Below, piece after piece: positions 9,312 to 19,224 of a DNA stretch of 64,000 nucleotides. Position 1 is the stretch's first letter, and every line of letters starts with the position of its first letter. The notes beneath the pieces are model-generated. The model ran no database searches. It was given only the letters and a program-made list of their open reading frames with translations, and was not told the origin of the DNA. This DNA is from an uncultured Candidatus Rokubacteria bacterium (GTDB lineage Bacteria; Methylomirabilota; Methylomirabilia; Rokubacteriales; DASRDR01): positions 864,001 through 928,000 of the forward strand of contig CAWDVE010000010.1 of assembly GCA_963805625.1 (NCBI GenBank), in the 5' to 3' direction. The position numbers and the translations under genes are program-made.

Positions 9312-10316
9312 TCATGGAGCGACGGCGACCCCGGCGGCGGCCGCCCGCTCGACGGCGAGAGCGACCCGGAGGGCCTGGACGGCGTCGCCAGGCGTGACGG
9401 CAGGCGATGCCCGCCCGCGCACGCAGTCCACGAAGTGGCGCAGCTCGAAGTAGAACATGCCCCCGGGGTGCCCCTGCACCGACGGGGCGGACGCCGTGTC
9501 CACCTGGACCGCGCGCTGGCCGTCCGCCCGCCGGAGCCCCGTCTCGATGGTCGCGATCGACAGCGAGCCGGCGCTCCCCACGACGTCGAGTCGGTGGTCG
9601 CCGGCCGCCGGAAAGCCCCGGGGCAGGATCCAATTGAGCTCGGCGATGCCGAGCACCCCGCTCGCGAACCGGAGGAGGGCGCAGTTGGCATCCTCCACCG
9701 GGAACCCCTGCTCTCGCAGGAGTCCCCATTTCGACTCAGCCGTGACCCGCTCCACCTCGCTGCCGGCGAGCCAGCGCATCACGTCGTAGTCGTGCACCCC
9801 GAGGAAGAGCGGGAGCGAGCATCGCCCCCCGAGGCGGTCCTGCGCCGCGACGGTGTTGGCCCGGCGCGTGTAGATCGTCTGGACCGCGCCCAGCTCGCCG
9901 CGCTCGACCGCCTGTCCGGCCTGGTCGTAGCGCGGGTCGAACCGAAGGCAGTGCCCCACCAGCAGCACCACCCCTGCCCGATCAGCAGCCTCGACGATCG
10001 CCTCGGCGTCGGCCACCGTGGTGGCGATGGGTTTCTCGACGAGGACGTGACGGCCACCGCGGAGCGCCAGCTCGCACGGCTCCCGGTGGAGTCCGTCCGG
10101 CGTGCACACGCTGACGGCATCGAGATCGTCGCGCCGGAGCAGCGCCGTGAAGTCCGAGTACGCGGAGGCGCCGGTCCGGGCGGCGAGCTCGCGCGCGGCG
10201 GCCTCGCGCACGTCGCAGACCGCGACCAGCTGGACGTCCGGCAGGCCCGCATAGATCCGCGCGTGCCGCTCGCCCATGAACCCGGCCCCGATCACCGCCA
10301 TCCGGACCGGCTGCAT
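9312..10316 (-). CDS. Gfo/Idh/MocA oxidoreductase
   Basis: GAGFMG, VCTPDGLH, VEKP and GVHDYD motifs. Confidence 0.9.
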   Translation of the reverse strand: MQPVRMAVIGAGFMGERHARIYAGLPDVQLVAVCDVREAAARELAARTGASAYSDFTALLRRDDLDAVSVCTPDGLHREPCELALRGGRHVLVEKPIATTVADAEAIVEAADRAGVVLLVGHCLRFDPRYDQAGQAVERGELGAVQTIYTRRANTVAAQDRLGGRCSLPLFLGVHDYDVMRWLAGSEVERVTAESKWGLLREQGFPVEDANCALLRFASGVLGIAELNWILPRGFPAAGDHRLDVVGSAGSLSIATIETGLRRADGQRAVQVDTASAPSVQGHPGGMFYFELRHFVDCVRGRASPAVTPGDAVQALRVALAVERAAAAGVAVAP

Positions 10317-10384
10317 GCCCGCGATCATCGCACGATCTGTCCATCTTCCGCGCGGCCCCGCTCCGTGCTTGAATGGTCGGCGCC

Positions 10385-11173
10385 ATGCGCGTCCAGTCCC
10401 TCTTCGACCTCGCCGGCCGGGTCGCCATCGTGACCGGCGGCGGGACGCACCTCGGCCGCGCGATGGCGGAAGCCCTCGCCGAGCTCGGGGCGGCCGTGTA
10501 TCTCGCGAGCCGGGACGCCGCGCGGTGCGAGCGGGTCGCCGCTGAGCTCCGGGCATCCGGCCTCGACGCGACCGGTCTCGGCGCCGACGTCACGGCCGAG
10601 GCGGAGGTCGACGCACTCGTGGGCCGGGTGCTGGCCGAGCGCGGCCGGGTCGACGTGATGGTATGCAACGCGGGCGGCGCCTTCACCACGACCTATCTCC
10701 CCGACGCCTCGATCGACGAGCTCCGCCAGGCTCTCGAGCTGAACGTGACCGGAACCTACGTCTCCGCCCAGGCTGCGGCCCGGGCGATGATCCCCCGGCG
10801 GCGGGGCCGCATCATCACGCTCGGCTCGATCCACGGCACGCTCGGCGCCGACAAGCGCCTCTACGCCGGGCTCGACTATCAGCGATCGGGCCCGCCGTAC
10901 CAGGCGGCGAAGGGCGCGGTCGTCAACCTCACCCGGGCGCTCGCGACCGAGCTCGGCGAGCACGGCATCACGGTCAACTGCCTGTCTCCGGGCCAGATCC
11001 CGTCGCCGGGCACGGATCCGGAGTTCGTGGAGCGCTGCCGCCTCTCGAACCCGCTCGCGCGGACCGGCACCCCGGCGGATCTCAAGGGCGCCGTGGCGCT
11101 GCTCGCCTCCGACGCCGGCGCCTGGATCACCGGTCACAACCTCGTGGTCGACGGTGGCTGGAGTGTCTGGTAG
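10385..11173 (+). CDS. SDR family oxidoreductase
   Basis: TGGGTHLG, NAG, YQAAK and VDGG motifs. Confidence 0.92.
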   Translation: MRVQSLFDLAGRVAIVTGGGTHLGRAMAEALAELGAAVYLASRDAARCERVAAELRASGLDATGLGADVTAEAEVDALVGRVLAERGRVDVMVCNAGGAFTTTYLPDASIDELRQALELNVTGTYVSAQAAARAMIPRRRGRIITLGSIHGTLGADKRLYAGLDYQRSGPPYQAAKGAVVNLTRALATELGEHGITVNCLSPGQIPSPGTDPEFVERCRLSNPLARTGTPADLKGAVALLASDAGAWITGHNLVVDGGWSVW

Positions 11174-11174
11174 G

Positions 11175-12398
11175 GTGAGCGTCGTGCCCGCTCCGTCCCG
11201 GCCCGCCCCGACCGAGGCCACCGCTCTCCGACATGCCCGACGGCTGCTCGCGCGCCATCCCCTCATCGATGGCCACAACGACCTACCCTGGACGATCCGG
11301 AACGACGCAAAGGCACGCGGCGACGTGGGGGCCTACGACCTGCGCCGGCCCGCCCGCGGGCAGACGGACCTCGCGCGCCTTCGGGCCGGCGGGGTCGGGG
11401 GTCAGTTCTGGTCGGTCTACATCCCCGGCGACCTCGCCGGCGGCCGGTTCGCGCGAGTGCAGCTCGAGCAGATCGACATTGCGCGGCGGGTGATCGCCCG
11501 CTATCCCGAGCGGCTGGCGCCGGCCTTCAGCGCGGCCGACGTCGAGCAGGTCAGGAGGCGCGGGCGGATCGCCTCGCTCCTCGGGATCGAGGGCGGCCAC
11601 GCCATCGAGGGGTCGCTGGGGGCGCTCCGCGCCTACTACGACCTCGGCGTGCGGTACATGACGCTCACCCACAACGTCACCCTCGACTGGGCGGACTCCT
11701 GCAACGACGTCCGCCGCCACGGCGGGCTCACCCACTTCGGCCGGGAGGTCGTGCGCGAGATGAACCGGCTCGGCATGCTGGTCGACCTCGCCCACACCTC
11801 GCCCGAGGTCATGGCGCATGCCCTCGACGTCTCCGTGGCGCCGCTGATCTCCTCCCACTCGTCCTGCCGGGCGCTGACGGACGTCACGCGAAACTTCCCC
11901 GACGCCATCCTCCGGCGCCTGCCGAAGAACGGCGGCGTCATCATGGTCACCTTCGTCGGCCCGTTCGTGTCCCAGGCGGCGGCCGACGCCCGCGCCCGCG
12001 CCGTGGCCAAGCTCAAGCCGAGGATGAATCGCATCGCCGATCCGGTCGAGCGCCACCGCTTCGAGCGGGCCCACCTCAAGCGGCAGCGGCTGCCGAAGGC
12101 GACCGTCGCCGACGTCGCCGACCACGTGGAGCACGCCCGTCGTCTCGCCGGCGTGGACCACATCGGTCTCGGCGGCGACTACGACGGCAACGAGGAGTGG
12201 CCGGTCGGGATGGAGGACGTGTCGACCTATCCGGTCCTCTTCGCGGAGCTGATCCGCCGCGGCTGGTCCGACAAGGACCTGGTCAAGCTCTCCCGCGGCA
12301 ATATCGTCAGGGTCATGCGCGAGGCCGAGGCGGTCGCCGCCCGCCTCCGCCGCCGGCCGGCGCCGCCCCCAGCTCGTCGGAGCCGGCCGGGATCCTAG
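11175..12398 (+). CDS. Membrane dipeptidase family (peptidase M19)
   Basis: IDGHND, GIEGGH, TLTHN, SHS and GGDYDG motifs; start position approximate. Confidence 0.92.
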   Translation: MSVVPAPSRPAPTEATALRHARRLLARHPLIDGHNDLPWTIRNDAKARGDVGAYDLRRPARGQTDLARLRAGGVGGQFWSVYIPGDLAGGRFARVQLEQIDIARRVIARYPERLAPAFSAADVEQVRRRGRIASLLGIEGGHAIEGSLGALRAYYDLGVRYMTLTHNVTLDWADSCNDVRRHGGLTHFGREVVREMNRLGMLVDLAHTSPEVMAHALDVSVAPLISSHSSCRALTDVTRNFPDAILRRLPKNGGVIMVTFVGPFVSQAAADARARAVAKLKPRMNRIADPVERHRFERAHLKRQRLPKATVADVADHVEHARRLAGVDHIGLGGDYDGNEEWPVGMEDVSTYPVLFAELIRRGWSDKDLVKLSRGNIVRVMREAEAVAARLRRRPAPPPARRSRPGS

Positions 12399-12499
12399 AG
12401 CCTGTCGAAGCCGTTCCGACGGCCCGGTGAGGGCCGATTCGGGCTGCGATCCCACGGTCGCGCATCACGCCGAGGGCGCCGGCAGCCGGCGCAAGCGGT

Positions 12500-12571
12500 C
12501 CCCTGGATCATGGCCATCGAGAACGCACCGAATGGCGCCCACACATCCGAGGGATTGAACGCCTCGATCAT
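12500..12571 (-). pseudogene. N-terminal remnant of a RidA/YjgF-family gene
   Basis: MIEAFNPSDVWAPFGAFSMAMIQG followed by loss of similarity; GAGG RBS retained. Confidence 0.55.
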
Positions 12572-12728
12572 GCCGGCCTCTGTCGGTGGGGATCGGATGC
12601 GTCGACGCGCTCGATCATAGCCTCCCGCCTCGCGCTTGTGTCCGCGTCCGAGCCATGGTCTAGTCGGAGTCGCGGCGGCCGATCGCCCCGCGCCAACCCG
12701 GTCCGAGAGTAAGGGGGACACCGAGACA

Positions 12729-13703
12729 GTGCAACGGATCATCCGCGAACAGGCCCGGAAGTACGCCTTCGACTGGCGGGACGAACCGCTACTTCGAGTC
12801 AAGCTCGGCGAGACTTTCGAGATCGAGACCTATGACGCGAGCACGGGATACTTCCGGACGTCCGAGGACCTCGCCATCCCCGCGAAGCGCCCGGGATTCG
12901 ACCGCGTTCCGCCGCTCGCGAACCCGATCGGCGGCCCGGTCTGGGTCGAGGGCGCCGAGCGCGGCGACACGCTCGTCGTGAGCGTCGAGGAGATCCTGGT
13001 CGACGGCTACTCCTGGATCGCGGTCGGGCCCCGGCGCGGGCCTCTCGGCGAGTCGGCGCGATGGCCCGAGCTCTCCGAGCGCTACACGACCAAGATCTTC
13101 CGCCACACCCCGGGTCCGAGCGGGACGACCCGGGACGGCACGCTCCACTTCAGCGACCGGATCAGCTGGCCGATCACGCCCTTCATCGGCACCATCGGGG
13201 TCGCGCCCGAGCGCGAGGTGACGACCAGCCTCGACGGCCAGGGCGAGTGGGGCGGCAATCTCGACATCCGCGACGTCGCGCCGGGGCACCGGATCCATCT
13301 CCCCGTGTTTCACGAGGGGGCACGCTTCTACCTGGGCGACGTCCACGCCAGCCAGGGTGACACCGAGTTCACGGGGACGGCCGCCGAGACCAAGTCCACC
13401 GTGCGTCTCCACTTCGACCTGGTCAAGGGCCGGACGGTGCCCTGGATGCGGATCGAGAAGGCGGCCTCGATCGTCTCCGTGTTCGCGTACCGACCGCTCG
13501 AGGTCGCCGTCGAGACCGCCACGGTCAACCTGATCGACTGGCTCGTCCGTGACCACGGCTACTCCGCGACCGACGCGTATTGCCTGGTCAGCACCTGCCC
13601 GGACTTCCGGATCAACGTCTACCAGATGTGCCGGGTCGGGAAGCTGAGCTACGTCGCCGGTGCCGAGCTCCCCAAGCGCTACCTCCCCGGACCGGCCGCG
13701 TGA
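12729..13703 (+). CDS. Acetamidase/formamidase (FmdA/AmdA) family
   Basis: NPIGGPVWVEGAERGD, PFIGTIGVAP, GGNLD and GDVHASQGD motifs; AAGGGG RBS. Confidence 0.9.
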   Translation: MQRIIREQARKYAFDWRDEPLLRVKLGETFEIETYDASTGYFRTSEDLAIPAKRPGFDRVPPLANPIGGPVWVEGAERGDTLVVSVEEILVDGYSWIAVGPRRGPLGESARWPELSERYTTKIFRHTPGPSGTTRDGTLHFSDRISWPITPFIGTIGVAPEREVTTSLDGQGEWGGNLDIRDVAPGHRIHLPVFHEGARFYLGDVHASQGDTEFTGTAAETKSTVRLHFDLVKGRTVPWMRIEKAASIVSVFAYRPLEVAVETATVNLIDWLVRDHGYSATDAYCLVSTCPDFRINVYQMCRVGKLSYVAGAELPKRYLPGPAA

Positions 13704-16021
13704 GCCCGAGCCCCATCGGCGCCTCGCCCCGCCGGAAGGAGGACGCTCCTCTGCTCGAGGGGCGCGGGCGATACCTGGACGACCTCCGGCGTCCCGGGAC
13801 GGCCTACCTCGGCGTGGTGAGAAGCCCCCACGCGCACGCCCGCATCCGCGGGATTGCAACGGACCAGGCACGCGCGTTGCCCGGGGTCTCGGTCTTCGCC
13901 TCCGCCGACCTCCCGGAGGTCGCACGAGGCATCCCCGCGCCGTTCGGCGGGACGCCCAACACCCGTCCCTACGTCCAGAGCGTCCTCGCGTCGGAGGTCG
14001 TGCGGTACGTCGGCGAGCCGGTGGCCGTCGTCGTCGCGGACGACCCCTATCGTCTGGGCGACGCGCTGGACGGGGTCACGGTGGACTACGAGCCGCTTCC
14101 GCCCGTGACGACGCCCGAGTCGGCGGCGCGCGGCTCCGACCGGATTCACGCGGACTGGCCCGACAACGCCGCCGTCGTCGCGCGCGGCGGCATGGGCGAC
14201 GTCGAGCGCGCCTTCCCGACCGCCGACCTGATCGTCGAGGAAGTGCTCCGCCATCCGCGGATCACGGCCGTGCCGATCGAGCCCCGCGGCGTCCTCGCCT
14301 ACCGGGACTCCGAGTCCGGCCTGCTCGTCGTCTGGTCGTCCACCCAGAATCCCTATCTCGTGCGGGACGCCGTGTCCGTGGTCCTGGGGATCCCGGCCGA
14401 GGAGGTGCGCGTGCTCGCGCCCGACGTGGGCGGCGGGTTCGGCCCGAAGGGGGCCGTCTATCACGAGGAGCTGCTCGTGCCGGCGGTCGCCCTCCGCCTG
14501 GGGCGGCCCGTCAAGTGGGTCGAGGGGCGCCGCGAGCACTTCGTCGCCACGGGACACGACCGCGAGCAGATCCACCGGGCGCGGATCGCCTTCCGACGCG
14601 ACGGGACGATCGTGGCCATCGACGACGTGTTCCAGGCCGACGTGGGCGCCTACCCTGTCGAAGGGACGGGGCTCACCCTCAACACCGTGAACCACCTGCC
14701 GGGGCCCTACCGGGTGCCCAACTACCGGAGCGTCGGCACGAGCTACGTGACGAACAAGACGCACAACGCCGCCTATCGCGGCGCGGGGCGGCCGGAGGCC
14801 GTCTTCGTCATGGAGCGGCTCCTCGACATCGGGGCGCGGCGGCTGGGGCTCGATCCCGTCGAGATCCGCCGGCGCAACCTGGTGCAGCCGGGCGAGATGC
14901 CGTACCGGTCGGGCATCACCTACAAGGACGGGGTCACGGTTGCCTACGACCCGGGCGACTTCCCCGCGGGCCTCGAACGCGCGCTCGAGCTGCTCCACTA
15001 CCCGGAGCTCCGCGCCCGCCAGGCCGCACAGACCCGGACGTCGCGGAGGATCGGGATCGGGGTCGCCTGCTACGTCCAGGGCTCCGGCATCGGGCCCTAC
15101 GAAGGCGCGCAGGTCCGCGTCGACCCGAGCGGCCAGGTCTTCGTCACCATCGGCGTGGCCGCGCAAGGCCAGGGCCATCAGACCACCCTCGCCCAGATCT
15201 GCGCGGCGGAGCTCGGCGCGCCCTTGGAGGACGTTCACATCGTGGCGGGCGACACGCAGCTCTTCCCCATCGGGATGGGCACGGGGGGGAGCCGCGTCGC
15301 TGCGAACACCGGGCCAGCGGTCGCCCGGACCGCGCGCGAGGTTCGCGCCCGGGCGCAACAGGTCGCCGCCGAGCTCCTCGAGTGCGCGCCCGAAGACGTC
15401 CGCATCGAGGCCGGCCGGGCGTTCGTGGCCGGCGTTCCCGGACGCGCCCTCACCCTCGGTCGCATCGCCCACGCAGCCATTCGCTCCAAGGCGCTCCGCA
15501 AGACCGGAGAGCCCGGCCTCCAGCGATGTAGCTACTTCTACCCCGACACCGTGACCTGGGCGTCCGGTACCCAGGCCGCTGCGGTCGAGGTCGACCTCGA
15601 GACGTGCGAGATCCGACTCATCGGGTACGCCGTCGTCCACGACAGCGGGCGTGCCATCAATCCGGTCATCGTCGAGGGTCAGCTCCAGGGCGGCGCGGCC
15701 CAGGGGATCGGCGCCGGCCTCTGGGAAGAGCTCGTCTATGACGACTCCGGTCAGCTCGTGACGGGAAGCCTTATGGACTACGGGCTCCCGAAGGCCGACC
15801 AGCTCCCGATGCTCCACGTAGCCCGCCTCGACCATCCTTCGATCGTGAACGAGCTTGGCATCAAGGGAGTGGGCGAGAGCGGCGCGATTCCCGGCGCGGC
15901 GGCGATCGCCAACGCGGTGGAGGATGCGGTCGCGGACCTCGGCGTCACGATCCGCGAGGTGCCAGTGACGCCCGCGCGGCTCTTCGCGCTACTCGAGACG
16001 GCGCGGACCCGGAAAGCCTGA
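13700..16021 (+). CDS. Xanthine dehydrogenase-family molybdopterin subunit (CoxL form II-like)
   Basis: VGGGFG, AYRGAGRPE, GQGHQT and KGVGE motifs; GTGA overlap with the upstream gene. Confidence 0.92.
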   Translation: MSPSPIGASPRRKEDAPLLEGRGRYLDDLRRPGTAYLGVVRSPHAHARIRGIATDQARALPGVSVFASADLPEVARGIPAPFGGTPNTRPYVQSVLASEVVRYVGEPVAVVVADDPYRLGDALDGVTVDYEPLPPVTTPESAARGSDRIHADWPDNAAVVARGGMGDVERAFPTADLIVEEVLRHPRITAVPIEPRGVLAYRDSESGLLVVWSSTQNPYLVRDAVSVVLGIPAEEVRVLAPDVGGGFGPKGAVYHEELLVPAVALRLGRPVKWVEGRREHFVATGHDREQIHRARIAFRRDGTIVAIDDVFQADVGAYPVEGTGLTLNTVNHLPGPYRVPNYRSVGTSYVTNKTHNAAYRGAGRPEAVFVMERLLDIGARRLGLDPVEIRRRNLVQPGEMPYRSGITYKDGVTVAYDPGDFPAGLERALELLHYPELRARQAAQTRTSRRIGIGVACYVQGSGIGPYEGAQVRVDPSGQVFVTIGVAAQGQGHQTTLAQICAAELGAPLEDVHIVAGDTQLFPIGMGTGGSRVAANTGPAVARTAREVRARAQQVAAELLECAPEDVRIEAGRAFVAGVPGRALTLGRIAHAAIRSKALRKTGEPGLQRCSYFYPDTVTWASGTQAAAVEVDLETCEIRLIGYAVVHDSGRAINPVIVEGQLQGGAAQGIGAGLWEELVYDDSGQLVTGSLMDYGLPKADQLPMLHVARLDHPSIVNELGIKGVGESGAIPGAAAIANAVEDAVADLGVTIREVPVTPARLFALLETARTRKA

Positions 16022-16251
16022 GCCCGGAGACACACTTGCGCGGAAGAGCTGGCGCCACGCAAAGACGGTCACAAGGCTCGGTCCGCCGGAAAAGAAGAGC
16101 GCCCATGTCGCCGACCATGGCGACCAGCCAGCGGGGCGCGTGAACCTGCGCATCGTCCGAACAGGGCGGCCCCGATCGGGATGGCTCCGGCCCGCGATGA
16201 CGAGCACTCCCATCCAGCGGCTCGGGGGGGGCTCGCCAGCCACGAAGAGTC

Positions 16252-17040
16252 CTATCTACGCAGGAAGTCCAGCACGAGCCGGCCAAAGGCGTCCGGCATC
16301 TGGTCCACGACCGCGACCGTGCCCCCCACCAGCGGCGCGAGCCGGCTCCCCGGGATGTGCCGGGCGACCACCTCCGCCTGCGGCGACGCGAACGGGTCTT
16401 CCGTCCCCCATGTCACGAGCGTCGGGCAGCAGACCCGGCCGATCCTCTCCTCCATGTGGTAGCGGCTGCAGGCGCCGTGCCCCTCCACGATCTTCTCGCC
16501 CGCCCGGAGCGCGTCGGCAACGAACCGCGTCAGGAGGTCCGGCCGCTCCTTCGGATAGAAGCGTTGCCGGATCTGCCAGAGCTCGGCCAGATGGGTGCCG
16601 TCCGGCTTCGCCTCGACGTGGTCGACGCGGTGTCCGCCCGTCCGATGGCGCCGGTCGCGATCGGCCGAATCGACGTAGGGGCACGAGGAGAGAACGAGCC
16701 GCTCGACGCGCTCGGGATGGGACGCTGCCAGCTCCATCGCGATCACGGCGCCCGTATGGTGCCCGACGACGGCCAGCGGCCCGACGCCAAGGCCGTCGAG
16801 CAGCGCGATGGCTCCGCGCGCGTAGTCCTCGATGTCGCACCGCCGGTCCGGCTTGTACGACTCGCCGTAGCCGATCGTGTCCATGGCGATCACCCACCGC
16901 TCCCGCGCCAGGATGGGGATGACCTCGCGATACTCATCCCACGAGCGCGGCGTCTGGTGAAGGAGCAGGACAGCCCGGCCGGCACCGGCCGTCACGTAGT
17001 GGATCTGGCCATCCGGCGTGTCCAGGAACCGTCGGTGCAC
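16252..17040 (-). CDS. Alpha/beta hydrolase fold protein with a non-canonical active site
   Basis: LLLHQTP, DTIGYGES, VVGHHTG and WGTED motifs. Confidence 0.85.
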   Translation of the reverse strand: MHRRFLDTPDGQIHYVTAGAGRAVLLLHQTPRSWDEYREVIPILARERWVIAMDTIGYGESYKPDRRCDIEDYARGAIALLDGLGVGPLAVVGHHTGAVIAMELAASHPERVERLVLSSCPYVDSADRDRRHRTGGHRVDHVEAKPDGTHLAELWQIRQRFYPKERPDLLTRFVADALRAGEKIVEGHGACSRYHMEERIGRVCCPTLVTWGTEDPFASPQAEVVARHIPGSRLAPLVGGTVAVVDQMPDAFGRLVLDFLRR

Positions 17041-17087
17041 GGTGCTCTTCTCCTCGTGTCAGGCTGGAGGGAACGGCCGGAGGTCGG

Positions 17088-18032
17088 TCACGGCTCGCCG
17101 GACAGGGCGCGCCGAGGATTGTCCACCGTCATCCGGTGGTAGAGCTCGTCTCCGATCCCGAGGCTCCGGAGCTCCTCGCGGAGCCCGGTCGCCACGAACG
17201 CGTAGCCACGCCCACCGTAGGCGACGTAGTCCGTGCGCCAGCACACGTCCTGCGACAGGACGAGGTGCCCGACGAGACCCGCGTCCACGAGCTGCTTGAT
17301 CCCCTGGAGCATCCGCTCGTGCTCGTACGGCTGCGGGTACCCCATCCGGTCGAACGAGAGAAACGCCCCGCGCTTCGCCAGCGCCACGTGGTACTCGTGG
17401 ACCGGATAGGAGTGCGCGTGACCGACGATCACCCGCCGCGGGTCCACGCCCTCCTCCCGCAGGATGTCCAGCTGGTCGAGTCCGACCGGGGAGTTCAGCG
17501 CGTGCGTGGCGATCGAAAGCCCCGTCCGCCGGTGTGCCCGCGCCACCGCGCGGAAGACCCGCTCCTCGACCGGGGAGATCCAGGTGAAGTGGGAGCCGAT
17601 CTCGCCCAAGAGGCCCGCCCGGACGTCGGTGCCGTCGATCCCGTGCGTGACGTCACGCTCGAGCTCCTCCGCGATCTGGTCGGTCTTCGCTCGCCAGAGC
17701 CGGCGTTCGTAGTACGGCTCACGGTACCAGCCGGCTCCGAGGACGATCTGAAGACCCACACGCTGCGCGATCTCGCGAATCGCGAGCGCGTGCTTCGTGG
17801 GCGTGATGTCGTGGTCGTGGCCCCGGAGGCCCCCCGTCGTCTGATCCACCAGCGTCACCCCGCCGGCCTTCTTGTACAAGGCGAGCTCCCGGTACGCGAG
17901 CTCCGGATCGTTCAGCATGCTGTTGCGCCCGAGGACGTCGCGGGTGAGATCCAGGAAGATGTGCTCGTGAATCAGCGTGAAGCCGAGGTCCCGGGCCGCC
18001 ACCGCCCCGGTCACGGTCATGATGGACGCCAT
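17088..18032 (-). CDS. Phosphotriesterase homology protein (PTE/PHP family)
   Basis: TLIHEH, GLLGEIG (Glu bridging ligand), ATH, VGH and LSQD motifs; GGAGGAG RBS. Confidence 0.9.
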   Translation of the reverse strand: MASIMTVTGAVAARDLGFTLIHEHIFLDLTRDVLGRNSMLNDPELAYRELALYKKAGGVTLVDQTTGGLRGHDHDITPTKHALAIREIAQRVGLQIVLGAGWYREPYYERRLWRAKTDQIAEELERDVTHGIDGTDVRAGLLGEIGSHFTWISPVEERVFRAVARAHRRTGLSIATHALNSPVGLDQLDILREEGVDPRRVIVGHAHSYPVHEYHVALAKRGAFLSFDRMGYPQPYEHERMLQGIKQLVDAGLVGHLVLSQDVCWRTDYVAYGGRGYAFVATGLREELRSLGIGDELYHRMTVDNPRRALSGEP

Positions 18033-18085
18033 CGCTCCTCCCGCTTGGAGATCGCGCGCCGCTGCCGCGGCGAGCGCTTGTCTCG

Positions 18086-18955
18086 CTACTCTCGCCGGCG
18101 CGTGAGGAGCACGCCCGCGACCACGGCCACCCCTCCCACCACCGACACCAGCGCGACCCGCTCCCCGAGCAGGAGCGCGGCCGCCAACACGGCGAAGAAC
18201 GACTCCATGTTGGCATAGATCGCGGTCCGCGCGGCGCCGAGACGCCGCACGGCGGCGTACCACAAGAGGCTCCCCAGCGCGCCGCCGGCCGCGCCGGCGT
18301 AGAGAATGCCGGCCCAAGTCCACCACGGCAGCGCCCAGTCCTGGGCCACGAGCCCCGGCACCGCGAAGGGCACGAGCCCGATCGTCCCCGTCAGGGTGAT
18401 CCAGAATGTACCGGCAAGGGTACCGCGGCGCTGGAGGACCGGAGCCGCGAGGATCGTCCAGACGCCCCAGGTGATCGCGGCCCCGACGGTGAGCAAGTCC
18501 CCGAGCAGGGACGCCTCACCGGCCGCCCCGCTGGCCGGCCAGCCGATGATCAGCACCGCCCCGCCGACGCCGAGGGCAAGCCCGAGGACGTCGCGCCGCC
18601 CCAGGCTGACGTGGCCCAGCGCCTGGCTCATGCCGAACACGAAGAGCGGGGTCACCGTGAAGATGAGCCCGGAATGGGACGCGGTGGTGAGGTGGAGCCC
18701 CCACGAGTAGAGGATCTGGTTCAGCGTGAAGCCGATCAGCCCCGCGGACAGGAGCGCAGGCACGTCCTCCGAAGACGGCGAGCGCCACCCACCCGAGCGA
18801 CGGAGGATGACGGCGAGGACAGCCAGGGAGACCAGCCCCCGAACCAGCATCAGCGTGAGCGGACTCATCACGGTCATGATGCCCTTCAGGACGGGGAAGC
18901 TGACGCCCCATACGAAGACGGCGAGCAACGCCCCGCCGTCCGCCCACGTCAGCAC
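18086..18955 (-). CDS. EamA/DMT family transporter
   Basis: About 10 hydrophobic segments; WGVSF, GDLL and LLGE motifs. Confidence 0.88.
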   Translation of the reverse strand: MLTWADGGALLAVFVWGVSFPVLKGIMTVMSPLTLMLVRGLVSLAVLAVILRRSGGWRSPSSEDVPALLSAGLIGFTLNQILYSWGLHLTTASHSGLIFTVTPLFVFGMSQALGHVSLGRRDVLGLALGVGGAVLIIGWPASGAAGEASLLGDLLTVGAAITWGVWTILAAPVLQRRGTLAGTFWITLTGTIGLVPFAVPGLVAQDWALPWWTWAGILYAGAAGGALGSLLWYAAVRRLGAARTAIYANMESFFAVLAAALLLGERVALVSVVGGVAVVAGVLLTRRRE

Positions 18956-19160
18956 GATCGGAGGGCGGCCCGGCGGATTGGCCGGGGAGCGGCAGGCGCG
19001 CCACCCGCCCGAGACGGCAGCGGCGGTCGCGCAGGCACCCGGTCATGGTACGCGAGGCAACCGGCGCGGGCTACTCGGCGCGTCCAGCCTGGCTATCGTG
19101 ACTCGGACCGCCGCGCATCGGCGTACCTGCAATCGGCCCACTACCGGCCGTCGCCCGGCC

Positions 19161-19190
19161 TTGACAGGCGCAGACCGGCCCGCCTAGCAT
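19161..19190 (+). promoter_or_regulatory. Putative sigma-70 promoter
   Basis: TTGACA-N18-TAGCAT upstream of the permease. Confidence 0.55.
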
Positions 19191-19224
19191 CGCAGTATTG
19201 GAGCTCACACGCGATGAGGGGTTC

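Noticed and set aside
12395-12410. IS terminal repeat (CTAGAGCCTGTC)
   Set aside because: No partner inverted repeat or transposase was found.
13700-16021. Bona fide aerobic CO dehydrogenase
   Set aside because: It has AYRGAGR rather than the form I AYxCSFR motif, and no coxM, coxS or accessory genes are present.
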